Part shown: in pieces, positions 1 to 9,591 of the stretch
Layout of the letters: every line of letters begins with the position of its first letter
Position numbering within the stretch: position 1 is the stretch's first letter
Source: an uncultured Candidatus Saccharibacteria bacterium
Lineage (GTDB): Bacteria > Patescibacteriota > Minisyncoccia > Phycocordibacterales > Zambryskibacteraceae
Reading direction: 5' to 3'
NCBI GenBank assembly: GCA_964642835.1
Contig: CAZXQA010000002.1
Coordinates: forward strand, 11,875 to 75,874
Length of the DNA stretch: 64,000 nucleotides
The notes under the pieces: generated by a model
What the model saw: only the letters and a program-made list of their open reading frames with translations
What the model was told of the DNA's origin: nothing
The model's database searches: none
Translations under genes and position numbers: made by a program

Positions 1-87
1 TTCGTGGCATATGCGTACGTGTTAACAAAGGATAATCCTTTGCATTGTAGGGGAAAGGAGGTAAAGAAAAATTAAAGATTTAAGCGC

Positions 88-117
88 ACAAAAAGCCCCC
101 TTGCGGGGGCTTTTTGT
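88..117 (-). terminator. Intrinsic terminator after surface protein gene
   Basis: ACAAAAAGCCCCC-TTGC-GGGGGCTTTTTGT hairpin with A/T tails. Confidence 0.85.
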
Positions 118-163
118 TGGTCTTCGCTAGCTTACGCTAGTTCTGAACCCTTTAGTAGTCAGA

Positions 164-2062
164 CTACGGGAGGGTAACAGTCGAAGTCCTCCATTCAGTC
201 CTGCCAGCCATGAAGGTGGAAGACGAGGAGTCATTACCAGTCCTAGACCACGTGATCGACTGGAGGCCGACAGCGTAGGTGTTGGTCGAAACCAATGCAC
301 CTGCAGTCGTGCGGCCTTCGAAGATGAAGTGAGCCGGGAGATCGATCGAAGCACCTTCCTGGAGCTTGAACTGGTTTGCACCAGTCATGCCTGCAGTGAC
401 AACGCCAGCACCAGAGGACGGAACGTCGTAGGAAGTGGACGAAGCTACGAGGAGCGTCGTTGCAGAACCACCGACGTAGGTCTGGAAGCCGAAGGTCGAG
501 GAAGCAGACTGCGAACCGAAGTAGAGGTCACCACCAACGGCCGTAATGCGGACTACGAAGTCAGCAGAAACAGTCGAAGTAGAGGTGTTGTTCTGGTTCG
601 AGGTAGCAGACTTGCTGATCGACTTGGAAACGAGCGTGAACTGAGGACCAACCTTGCGGACGGTCAAAGTGTTGCCCGAAACCGAACCACTGACACTTGC
701 GGCATCACCTTCAGAGTTCTCAGCAGTGATGGACACAGCGGAGATCGAGAAGGTAGTTGCGGAGGTAGCAGCATCGCGGACATCAACCTTGAGGGTGATG
801 GTCTTGGTGCTGTTCTCATCAATGGTGTAATCGATGTCATCGAAGACAGCCGAAGTACCAGAAACACTGGCGCTACCGATCTGAGTGCTACCTACGAAGA
901 GGTAAGCAGTCGTGGTCGTAGCAGAACCGGAGTTGCTGATAGTTGCGGTAACGTCAGTGATGGTTACATCGTCGTCTTCAGCCTTAGCGTCGAAGGCAAC
1001 GAGAGTAAGACCATCGAGTTCATCTTCATCAGAACCGTTCGAAGCGATAACTTCGCCAGTGAGAGGAGAGGAACCGGAGACGGAAACCGTGAGGCTTGCA
1101 GACTCGGACGAAGCGGCCTTCGTTTCGAAGGTGCGAGCGTACGTAGCGTTAGCAGAGCTGTACTGGTTTACACCAGCGCCGTCAGTACCGCGGATACCGG
1201 AGTTCGGGATCGTGACAGTCCAGGTATCACCGTCCAACAACGTGGAGTCGATGCTGTCCTGAGCGTCAATTGCGATAGTAAGGGTCTTCTTCGTATCCTT
1301 GCGGATGACGTAGTTGAGACCAGTGATAGTGACGTAGTACTCACCGGAGGTCTCTTCTACGACAGTGTCGGAGTTGAGATCAACCGAAGCGAGAACAGTC
1401 GAGCCATCCATGACGTACATTCTGTCCGCGATGTCGCGGTAGAACTTCTTGTCGCTGGTTCCGCCAGTCGTCTGATCGAGCTTGATCTTAACGCGCTCAA
1501 TCTTGATGTCGGAGAGCTTAGCCTCGAGTTCAACACCGAGGACAGCCTTCTTCATGTCACCTTCGCGAACGGTCGTGGACGAGCCAGGGACCGGAGCGAG
1601 AGTGGCAGTAAGAGTACCTTCAACACCTGGGGTGCTGATGCCGGTGGTAGAACCAACGGTGGTGCCCGGAACGGTGGTCGTCGCAGAAGTGTTGAGCTTA
1701 GCGCGAGACATCGGACCGAAGAAACCGGTCGAAGGGAGACCAACAGCGGCCTGCCACTTCATAACTGCGGACTTAGTAAGAGCACCGAAGTAACCCATCG
1801 ATACGCCAGCAGGCATGGTCAGATGGCCCTGGGAGACGAGGAGCTGCTGAAGAGCAGACACCTGTGCGCCAGTGGAACCAATCGTGAGGTCCATGGTGAA
1901 GGTCGTGCCGGTCGACACAGAGCTGCCCTGGAGGGAAGCGAGCTGTGACATAAGTGCATTGATCTGAGCCTGGAGTTCGGCAACAGTCACGGCGCTAGCC
2001 GGAGCGGCTGCACCGAGAACGAGTGCCAAGCTGAGGCCGATCGTTGCGAATTTTGCTTTCAT
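164..2062 (-). CDS. Secreted Ser/Thr-rich surface (S-layer-like) protein with peptidoglycan-binding-like domain
   Basis: Signal peptide, short coiled coil, PG-binding-like motif (V.ALQQLL..QG...GYFG.LT..AV..WQ), beta-rich body. Confidence 0.75.
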   Translation of the reverse strand: MKAKFATIGLSLALVLGAAAPASAVTVAELQAQINALMSQLASLQGSSVSTGTTFTMDLTIGSTGAQVSALQQLLVSQGHLTMPAGVSMGYFGALTKSAVMKWQAAVGLPSTGFFGPMSRAKLNTSATTTVPGTTVGSTTGISTPGVEGTLTATLAPVPGSSTTVREGDMKKAVLGVELEAKLSDIKIERVKIKLDQTTGGTSDKKFYRDIADRMYVMDGSTVLASVDLNSDTVVEETSGEYYVTITGLNYVIRKDTKKTLTIAIDAQDSIDSTLLDGDTWTVTIPNSGIRGTDGAGVNQYSSANATYARTFETKAASSESASLTVSVSGSSPLTGEVIASNGSDEDELDGLTLVAFDAKAEDDDVTITDVTATISNSGSATTTTAYLFVGSTQIGSASVSGTSAVFDDIDYTIDENSTKTITLKVDVRDAATSATTFSISAVSITAENSEGDAASVSGSVSGNTLTVRKVGPQFTLVSKSISKSATSNQNNTSTSTVSADFVVRITAVGGDLYFGSQSASSTFGFQTYVGGSATTLLVASSTSYDVPSSGAGVVTAGMTGANQFKLQEGASIDLPAHFIFEGRTTAGALVSTNTYAVGLQSITWSRTGNDSSSSTFMAGRTEWRTSTVTLP

Positions 2063-2289
2063 TTTTGTAATTGTTTTTCTAATGCGTTTACGCCTTCCGA
2101 ATTAGTTTCTAAATGCGTTGGAAGACGGAAACGTCTACTAATTTGCCGGGAACGGTTGTGCCTTTCACGGCAAGAACTGCTAATTTTATGCACACCCTTA
2201 GATTATAAGGGCGAAGCCTGCCACGTGCTAAAAGCACTGTGGATAACCGCCATATTACGCCTTTTTAGCCATTTTTGCAAGCTAAACTG

Positions 2290-3000
2290 TTAGTGAGTGT
2301 CGGCCTGAGCGAGGGTATACCTCGTCCAGCGTTTCTCCCCCATTTTCTTAAGGATACCAGCGGTGACCATTTCTGAGAGTTCTCTCTGGATTGTCTTTTC
2401 GCTGCAACCGCTGATAAGAGGAGAGACGTCCTTTATCATGATTTCTTTCTTACGTTTCAAAAGGCCAATAATGACGCTTTGACGGCTATTTTTCTTGACC
2501 GATACAGCTCCGAATTCCTTGAGGGTCTGCAGACGTTCCACGGGAACTTTGGCCTTTATATCTTCAACGGAAGGCAACATGTCCTTTACCGCTTCAGACT
2601 TTGACTCTTCCGGCTGTGAGTGAATTACGGGCTCGGCTGCTTTTTGGATTGGAGCAGAAACAGGAGTTGGGGCCGCGGAAACAGGTGCCGACGCCATGGG
2701 AAGAGCGACAGTCGGAGTAGAGAGCATTGTCTGGACGTTACCTGCTTCAGCCGAAAGCTTGCCGAGCTCGTTGGCTAAAATGTCGTGATTAATTTCAGAG
2801 ACAAGCCCCGCGGCACGGGCTACACCGAAGAGCGAGACGATGTCTCGCGCGGCAGTGAGTTTATCCTTGGCTCCGTCCGAAACAAGGTCAGCGGAAAGGC
2901 CGCGGAGGCGCCATTTAAGAGGCTCTTCGTTGCCGAAAAAGCTCGTAATGAGGTAGATCGCGGAGGCAAGCTTCTGATATTTCTGTTCTGTATCGGACAT
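2290..3000 (-). CDS. Hypothetical protein with C-terminal winged helix-turn-helix
   Basis: C-terminal CSEKTIQRELSEMV..GIL.K.GEKRWTRY resembles DeoR/wHTH. Confidence 0.65.
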   Translation of the reverse strand: MSDTEQKYQKLASAIYLITSFFGNEEPLKWRLRGLSADLVSDGAKDKLTAARDIVSLFGVARAAGLVSEINHDILANELGKLSAEAGNVQTMLSTPTVALPMASAPVSAAPTPVSAPIQKAAEPVIHSQPEESKSEAVKDMLPSVEDIKAKVPVERLQTLKEFGAVSVKKNSRQSVIIGLLKRKKEIMIKDVSPLISGCSEKTIQRELSEMVTAGILKKMGEKRWTRYTLAQADTH

Positions 3001-3167
3001 ATTGTTTAACGGCCAATTTACTCGTTATTTTTACTGTCCTTTAATTCTACCATCTTTTGTCCTTTATTGCAAGTCCCGTCCATTATGTGCCTCAGAGACA
3101 GATCTTGCAAGAGCCTCTGTGGACAAAAAGACCCTGAGAGGCGTGTGGTAGAATATGAGAGCTCTAT

Positions 3168-5348
3168 ATGGCTAAGAAAAAGAAATCTTCTCGAGACGAC
3201 CAGGGCGCCTCGTCCATCCCCTCCTTACAACTCATCTCCCGTGAGACGCTTAACACTATTTTGGGCATCTTTTCTATCGTTGTCTCTGTCTTCTTCCTCC
3301 TCGCCGCCTTCGGCGCGGGTGGGCGCGCTGGCGCCTTCTCTTATGAGATCCTCGACTACCTTACTGGCGTCGGATACTACCTCCTCCCGGTGGTCTTCCT
3401 CTTAGTGGCCCTCTCTCTTCTCCATGAGCGCGAGCGCAAGTTCGCCCTCCCGCAACTCATCGGCTCTTCCCTCCTCTTCCTCTCAGGTCTCGGCCTCGTC
3501 AACCTTCTTTCCGCGAAGGGCGGCGTCGTAGGCGCTCTTATATCAGAGCCTTTGGTGAACCTTTTTGATGTCTACGTGAGCGCCCTCGCTCTTCTCGCCT
3601 TCTCGACGATTGCCGTTCTCGTCATCTTTGATATCCCTCTCAAACTTAACCTCGGCAAATTCTTCTCTAAAGAGAAGCCGGCGATGGGTCCTGATTCCGT
3701 AAAGGAGAACGCGGCCGTTGAAAAAGCCCTTGAGAAAGTCGCGGAAAAAGAACCCCGCGAGCGCGTGCCAGAGATTCGCGACATGAAGACGAAGAAAGAA
3801 GAGACCGAGCCCTCCTTCCGCCCCGTCTTTACCCGCAAATCCGGCAAGGTGTGGACGCCTCCTCCGATTTCTCTTTTGGAAAAGGATTCCGGCAAGCCAG
3901 GCGTCGGCGACATTAAAGCGAACGCGAACCTTATTAAGAGAACGCTTCAGAACTTCGGCATCGTCGTTGAAATGGATGAGATCTCGATTGGTCCTTCCGT
4001 CACTCGCTACGCCATGAAGCCGGCCGAGGGCGTGAAGCTCTCCAAGATCTTGGGCCTCCAGACAAACCTCGAGCTCGCTCTCGCCGCCCACCCCGTTCGC
4101 ATCGAAGCTCCCATCCCCGGCAAATCTCTCGTTGGTATTGAAGTGCCAAACACCGCAAAGACTACCATCGGCTTAGGTTCTCTCCTCACGGAAGCCACAT
4201 ACACGAACTCCGATAAGCCGCTCCTCGTTGCTGTCGGCAAGGACATTACCGGTGAATCTATCTTTGCCGACATCGCTAGGATGCCGCACCTCCTCGTCGC
4301 CGGCGCCACCGGATCCGGTAAGTCCGTCACCATCCACGCCTTTATCAATTCTCTTTTGTATAGAAATCCGCCAGAGAACCTCAAGTTCATCATGATCGAC
4401 CCCAAGCGCGTCGAACTCACTCTTTATAACGGTATCCCCCATCTCCTTACTCCCGCTATCACCGATCCTAAGAAAGCCATCATGGCCTTGAAGTGGCTCG
4501 GCAAAGAGATGGATCGCCGCTACGACGTACTCGAGAAAGCTTCTGTTCGCGACATTGGTTCGTATCACAAGACGATCTACTTCCCCGCTCTCGAGAAGGC
4601 CAAGGAGGGTGAGGAGCTCCCGTCCGCCATGCCTTACATTGTCGTCGTCATCGACGAGCTCGCTGACCTCATGCAGAGCTATCCGCGCGAACTCGAATCC
4701 TCAATCGTGCGCCTCGCCCAGATGTCACGCGCCGTAGGCATCCACCTCGTGATCGCCACCCAGCGTCCGTCGGTAAACGTCATCACCGGTCTTATCAAAG
4801 CGAACATTCCAAGCCGTCTCGCTCTCCAGGTCGTCTCTCAGATCGATTCACGCACCATCCTCGACGCTCCAGGCGCGGAAAAGCTCCTCGGCGCGGGCGA
4901 CATGCTCTACCAAGGTGGTGATATGGCGAAGCCTACTCGTATCCAGTCGGCCTATATTCGTGAAGCAGAGGCGAAGTCGGTTGTGAAGTATTTGAAGGAA
5001 GCCTACGCTGACGAGCTTCAGGATGAGATCAACTTCTCCGTTGAGAATACCTCAAACGCGATCTTCTCTTCGGGCATCGGGAGCGAGGGTGGCGACGGCG
5101 ATGATGACGATCTCTACGAGGAGGCTCGCAACACCGTCATGGAGGCTGGCAAGGCCTCGACCTCATTCCTCCAAAGGAAGCTCCGCATTGGGTATGCCCG
5201 CGCCGCCCGCCTCATGGATATGCTCGAGGAGCGCGGCGTGATCGGCCCTGGTTCTGGTGCCAAGCCTCGTGATGTGATCGGCGCTTCCCCGGCGGGCGGC
5301 GCGGATGCCGAGTTCGCTGAAGCGGCTGACGAGACATATGTCGGGTAG
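3168..5348 (+). CDS. ftsK: DNA translocase FtsK/SpoIIIE
   Basis: N-terminal TM helices, GATGSGKS, IDELADLM, ATQRPS, gamma domain LQRKLRIGYARAAR. Confidence 0.97.
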   Translation: MAKKKKSSRDDQGASSIPSLQLISRETLNTILGIFSIVVSVFFLLAAFGAGGRAGAFSYEILDYLTGVGYYLLPVVFLLVALSLLHERERKFALPQLIGSSLLFLSGLGLVNLLSAKGGVVGALISEPLVNLFDVYVSALALLAFSTIAVLVIFDIPLKLNLGKFFSKEKPAMGPDSVKENAAVEKALEKVAEKEPRERVPEIRDMKTKKEETEPSFRPVFTRKSGKVWTPPPISLLEKDSGKPGVGDIKANANLIKRTLQNFGIVVEMDEISIGPSVTRYAMKPAEGVKLSKILGLQTNLELALAAHPVRIEAPIPGKSLVGIEVPNTAKTTIGLGSLLTEATYTNSDKPLLVAVGKDITGESIFADIARMPHLLVAGATGSGKSVTIHAFINSLLYRNPPENLKFIMIDPKRVELTLYNGIPHLLTPAITDPKKAIMALKWLGKEMDRRYDVLEKASVRDIGSYHKTIYFPALEKAKEGEELPSAMPYIVVVIDELADLMQSYPRELESSIVRLAQMSRAVGIHLVIATQRPSVNVITGLIKANIPSRLALQVVSQIDSRTILDAPGAEKLLGAGDMLYQGGDMAKPTRIQSAYIREAEAKSVVKYLKEAYADELQDEINFSVENTSNAIFSSGIGSEGGDGDDDDLYEEARNTVMEAGKASTSFLQRKLRIGYARAARLMDMLEERGVIGPGSGAKPRDVIGASPAGGADAEFAEAADETYVG

Positions 5349-5682
5349 CCTCCATCCCCGGCACTGGCTCCTCATCATTCTAGGCATCCTCTTTGCGGGC
5401 TACTGCCTCTTCCAGGCCCGCTTCCTCGTCTTCGGACCAGGTATTACCATTGAGAGCCCCTTGGACGGGGCCGTGGCCACGAGCTCAAGCCTGACCATGG
5501 TCGGCCGAGCGAGAAACGCAGCTTGGATTTCCCTGAACGGTGCTCAGATCTTTACCGACGAGCGCGGACACTGGCAAGAGAAATTGATCCTCTCTCCGGG
5601 CACGAGTATAATGACGGTGCTCGTCCGTGACCGCTTTGGTCGCGAAGTCGAGAAACAGGTGCGTATTACGTTCACTAATTAA
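5338..5682 (+). CDS. Small membrane-anchored Ig-like domain protein
   Basis: N-terminal hydrophobic helix then beta-rich domain; start at ATG 5338 overlapping the ftsK end. Confidence 0.7.
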   Translation: MSGSLHPRHWLLIILGILFAGYCLFQARFLVFGPGITIESPLDGAVATSSSLTMVGRARNAAWISLNGAQIFTDERGHWQEKLILSPGTSIMTVLVRDRFGREVEKQVRITFTN

Positions 5683-5690
5683 ACAGCCAT

Positions 5691-6719
5691 ATGCCTAAAG
5701 CGAAACCGCAAGAAGAAAAGTCAGAAACCCCGTCCGAGAAACGCACCGGCAATATCGAGAACACGCTCGACGCGATCCGCACCAAGTTCGGCGAAGACTC
5801 TATTATGAAATTGGGTGACAAGCCGAAGGTTGGCGTTGATGCCATCCCTACTGGCTCGATCGGCCTCGACTCCGCTCTCGGCGTCGGTGGTCTCCCCCGC
5901 GGTCGCATTATCGAAATTTTTGGTCCCGAATCATCCGGCAAAACTACCCTCTCTCTCCACGTGGTGGCCGAAGCTCAGAAGATGGGCGGCATCTGCGCCT
6001 TCATCGACGCCGAGCACGCCATGGACCCGGAGTATGCCAAGCGCTTGGGTGTAAAGATTGATGAGCTCCTCATCTCTCAGCCTGACACCGGCGAACAGGC
6101 TTTGGAAATTGTCGACTCTCTCGTGCGCTCCGGCAAGCTCGACGTCATCGTCATCGACTCCGTGGCCGCTCTCACCCCGAAGGACGAGATCGAGGGTGAT
6201 ATGGGCGCTCACCACGTCGGCAAGCAGGCTCGTCTCATGTCTCAAGCCCTCCGCAAGCTCACGGCGATCGTCGCGAAGACGAAGACCGTCGTCATCTTTA
6301 TTAACCAGATCCGCATGCAGATCGGCGTCATGTTTGGCAACCCTGAGACTACTCCGGGCGGCAAGGCGCTCAAGTTCTACACCTCCGTGCGTCTCGACAT
6401 CCGTCGTATCGCCCAGATTAAAAAGGGTGAAGAGGTCATGGGCGGCCGCACGCGCGTGAAGGTCGTGAAAAACAAGGTCGCTGCCCCATTCAAGCAAACC
6501 GAGTTCGATCTCATGTACAACGAGGGCATCTCCAAAGAGGGCGAAATGATTGCGCTCGGTGAGAAGTTTGGCTTCATTCAGAAAGCCGGTTCGACCTACA
6601 AGTACAACGGCGAGAAGCTCGCGGTCGGCTACGATGCCACCCGCACCTACCTCCGTGAGAACAAAAAGATCTCCGATGAGATCATGAAAGAAATCAGAAC
6701 GAAGTTGAAGGAAGTCTAA
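5691..6719 (+). CDS. recA: Recombinase A
   Basis: [29 protein letters not shown] motifs. Confidence 0.99.
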   Translation: MPKAKPQEEKSETPSEKRTGNIENTLDAIRTKFGEDSIMKLGDKPKVGVDAIPTGSIGLDSALGVGGLPRGRIIEIFGPESSGKTTLSLHVVAEAQKMGGICAFIDAEHAMDPEYAKRLGVKIDELLISQPDTGEQALEIVDSLVRSGKLDVIVIDSVAALTPKDEIEGDMGAHHVGKQARLMSQALRKLTAIVAKTKTVVIFINQIRMQIGVMFGNPETTPGGKALKFYTSVRLDIRRIAQIKKGEEVMGGRTRVKVVKNKVAAPFKQTEFDLMYNEGISKEGEMIALGEKFGFIQKAGSTYKYNGEKLAVGYDATRTYLRENKKISDEIMKEIRTKLKEV

Positions 6720-6758
6720 GCTTTGCCTTTAGCTCTATTCTGTGTAGAATAGCCGCCT

Positions 6759-7319
6759 ATGTTGGACTACAGCGAAGTTAAGGAACGCAAATACATCATC
6801 TACGAGAACGAGCCGTGGGAGGTGCTCTCTTCTCATGTCTTTAGAAAGCAGCAGCGCAAGCCCGTGAACGCCACGAAGTTGAAGAACCTCATGACGGGTC
6901 GCATCACCGAAGTCTCCTTCCACGTCTCCGACAAAGTCGAAGAAGCCGACATCGACAAGAAGGAGGTGAAGTATCTCTACGTGAACCGCGGGGAATACTG
7001 GTTCTGTGACGCCAAAGACCCCTCAGTGCGCTTCCAGATTGCCGAGGAGATGATTGGCTCCCCTGCCAAGTTCTTGAAGCCAAACATCGTCGTCGACGCC
7101 ATGCTCTTCGACGAAAAGATTATCGGCTTGAAGCTCCCGATCAAGATGGAACTCAAGGTAGTCGAGGCCCACGAAGCCACCAAGGGCAACACCGCTCAAG
7201 GTGCTACCAAGTCAGTTAAGCTCGAGACCGGCGCCGAGATCCAAGTCCCTATGTTTATCAAAGAGGGTGATATCGTCCGCATCAACACTGAGGAAGGCAT
7301 GTATACGGACCGCGTTTAA
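6759..7319 (+). CDS. efp: Elongation factor P
   Basis: KGNTA...K...LETG..IQVP.FI.EGD.V.INT..G.Y..RV C-terminal signature. Confidence 0.93.
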   Translation: MLDYSEVKERKYIIYENEPWEVLSSHVFRKQQRKPVNATKLKNLMTGRITEVSFHVSDKVEEADIDKKEVKYLYVNRGEYWFCDAKDPSVRFQIAEEMIGSPAKFLKPNIVVDAMLFDEKIIGLKLPIKMELKVVEAHEATKGNTAQGATKSVKLETGAEIQVPMFIKEGDIVRINTEEGMYTDRV

Positions 7320-7337
7320 CGCGGGCGCAAATATTAT

Positions 7338-7646
7338 TTAACCGTTGGAGGAAGAGACTCGAGCGGAGTCTCTTTTTTTCGGCAACCACATGTCGCACGC
7401 GAGACCAATAAGAAAGCCGATCGCCGCCCAGTAGAGAAAGACAAAGAGCACTTCCTGACCATTGGGATCCGGCACGTGGCCGAAGATCCGATACATGGCG
7501 ATAAGCGGCAGGAACACAGGCGTGGCAAAGGAGTCTGCAAAACACGCCGCCCCTACCCCGACGGGACAGAAGGCCTTGAGAATGAAAATGAGGCCCACGA
7601 GCGCCGGGGCGAAAATCGTCGCTTGAACAGCATACGGAATACGCAT
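7338..7646 (-). CDS. Hypothetical membrane protein
   Basis: 102 aa with three hydrophobic segments. Confidence 0.6.
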   Translation of the reverse strand: MRIPYAVQATIFAPALVGLIFILKAFCPVGVGAACFADSFATPVFLPLIAMYRIFGHVPDPNGQEVLFVFLYWAAIGFLIGLACDMWLPKKRDSARVSSSNG

Positions 7647-7685
7647 GCGCTTATTATATACGAGTTATCTGGATGTTACGCGATG

Positions 7686-7886
7686 TTAGCGCGAAACATA
7701 CGGGAGAAGTCCCATGAAGCGAGCGCGCTTGATGGCCATGGCAACCTGACGCTGGTTCTTGGAAGGCGCGGCAGAGCGACGGCGGGACTGAATGCGGGCG
7801 TGAGGGGTCAAGAAGAGCTTTAAGGTCTCCGTGTCCTTGTAATCCACATAGTCGACGTTATTTTCTTGGAAGTAATTCTTGGTCAT
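7686..7886 (-). CDS. rpsR: 30S ribosomal protein S18
   Basis: DYKD...L..F......I..RR......QR.VA.AIKRAR..GLLPY; rpsF-ssb-rpsR order. Confidence 0.97.
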   Translation of the reverse strand: MTKNYFQENNVDYVDYKDTETLKLFLTPHARIQSRRRSAAPSKNQRQVAMAIKRARFMGLLPYVSR

Positions 7887-7910
7887 GTGAGCGGGGCTAT
7901 CTTACCTTAT

Positions 7911-8375
7911 TTAGAACGGAATGTCATCTATATTGATATTTTCTTCAGGATACTCAATCGTCTCACCCCCTGGCTCTTGAGGTTCAGGCGCTTGGGCTCC
8001 GGCCTTTGACGTCTGTGCCACCGGGCTCGCAGCGCTGGCCCCGCCAGTACTGCGAGGGCCGAACTGGATGCGGTCGGCGATGATTTCGGTGCGGTACTTC
8101 TTCTGACCAGAGGCATCATCCCAGGAGCGGGTCTGCATGCGGCCCTCAACGAGGAGGCTCGCCCCTTTGCGCAAGTACTGAGCGGTTGTTTCCGCCTGGC
8201 GGCCGAAGACAACGACGTTGTGGTAATCGGTCGATTCCTGCTTGGCTCCGTTCTTATCCTTCCAGACGCGGTTGGTAGCCAAGGAGAGAGAGGCTACCTG
8301 GATGCCGGAAGGCAACGAGCGAAGCTCCGGGTCACGGGTCAGGTTGCCAATAAGAATCGCTCGGTTGAAGTACAT
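7911..8375 (-). CDS. ssb: Single-stranded DNA-binding protein
   Basis: LIGNLTRDPELR N-terminus, DDIPF tail. Confidence 0.98.
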   Translation of the reverse strand: MYFNRAILIGNLTRDPELRSLPSGIQVASLSLATNRVWKDKNGAKQESTDYHNVVVFGRQAETTAQYLRKGASLLVEGRMQTRSWDDASGQKKYRTEIIADRIQFGPRSTGGASAASPVAQTSKAGAQAPEPQEPGGETIEYPEENINIDDIPF

Positions 8376-8379
8376 GCGG

Positions 8380-8811
8380 TTATTCTACCACGGCCTCTGT
8401 AGGGGTGCTCACAACCTCTTCAGCAGGAGCGGCAGCGGCCTCAAGAGCGGCCTGAGCCTTAGCGAAGGTGAAAGCGCTTTCGCGAGGAGCCTTCACGAGG
8501 AGAATGCGGACAATCTCATCCATGCGGCTGATCTCCTCCTTGAGAGCGGTCACGGCAGCAGGCTCAATCTCAAACTTCATCCAGCCCAAGTAGGCGTCAT
8601 TGACGACGTAGCGGGAAGCACCCACCACCTTGGTCATTTTGTAGGAAAGGTCGATTTTAACGGCAGATTCCCCGTCAAACTTAGTGCCTCCAGCGGCGGC
8701 CACAGCCTTTTCAAGCTTGGCTTCCACTGCTTCAACCGCGTCCTCGGCAATGCTCGGCAAAATAAGATAGCCGAGTTCGTAGACCTCTCTTTCTGATGTA
8801 TTCTCTGTCAT
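8380..8811 (-). CDS. rpsF: 30S ribosomal protein S6
   Basis: YEL..LI.P, LSY, IVR.LLVK; operon position. Confidence 0.9.
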   Translation of the reverse strand: MTENTSEREVYELGYLILPSIAEDAVEAVEAKLEKAVAAAGGTKFDGESAVKIDLSYKMTKVVGASRYVVNDAYLGWMKFEIEPAAVTALKEEISRMDEIVRILLVKAPRESAFTFAKAQAALEAAAAPAEEVVSTPTEAVVE

Positions 8812-8820
8812 AAGTGCTCA

Positions 8821-9591
8821 CTACCCTACCATACGGAGGGCATTCTCGACAAGGGCTTTCCGAAGCGCCTCAGGGTCCTCGCCCCGCACCTCCGCCAGCC
8901 GCTTGTAGACCTCCTGCACATAGGCTGGCTCGTTCCGCTCACCACGATACGGCTTTGGCGCGACATACGGAGCATCTGTCTCCGCGTGGATCATGCCGAT
9001 GGGAGCGTTTTTGATCACCTCATCGTACTCCGAGGCGAATGTAATGACACCTGTAAATGAGGTCGAGAAACCAAGAGCCCAGAAGCGCTTCGCCTCCTCA
9101 AGCGTCCCCGCGAAGAAGTGAATATTGCCGCGGAGTTTGTCACCGTGAGTAACCTTCAACTCTTCAAGAAGCGCGATCTGCTCGGGATACGCGGCGCGGG
9201 AGTGGATCATAAGCGGCTTGCTATGACGGATGGCGAACTCAACCTGCGCGAGGAAGAGTTCTCGCTGGCGTTCGAAATCCGCCATCTTATTACCATGGAA
9301 AAAGTCGAGACCGCACTCCCCGATCGCCACCGTCTTCGGGTGACGGGCCAAGGCTTCAAAGTCCTCGGGATCAAATTTCCTCAACGGATTGTCGACCGGG
9401 TGCACGCCGACGCAGGCATAGATTTCCGGATACATCTCCGAGAGTTCGACGGCCCGTTTCGACGTCTCCAAATCAGTTCCGACCACAATCGTATGCGTTC
9501 CTGTTTCGCGCAAACGCGCGATCACGGCCTCAAAGTCCGCCTCGTACCCAGGCAGGTTAAGGTGCGAATGAATATCAAAATATTTAGGCAT
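8821..9591 (-). CDS. tatD: TatD family DNase
   Basis: DIHSHL, GVHP, IGECGLD, IHSR, ETDAPY. Confidence 0.95.
   Translation of the reverse strand: MPKYFDIHSHLNLPGYEADFEAVIARLRETGTHTIVVGTDLETSKRAVELSEMYPEIYACVGVHPVDNPLRKFDPEDFEALARHPKTVAIGECGLDFFHGNKMADFERQRELFLAQVEFAIRHSKPLMIHSRAAYPEQIALLEELKVTHGDKLRGNIHFFAGTLEEAKRFWALGFSTSFTGVITFASEYDEVIKNAPIGMIHAETDAPYVAPKPYRGERNEPAYVQEVYKRLAEVRGEDPEALRKALVENALRMVG

Noticed and set aside
329-1948. 539 aa + strand ORF and similar long antisense ORFs (9611-10966, 19517-20857, 24711-25649, 56028-56957)
   Set aside because: Shadow frames opposite well-supported genes, with no recognisable motifs.
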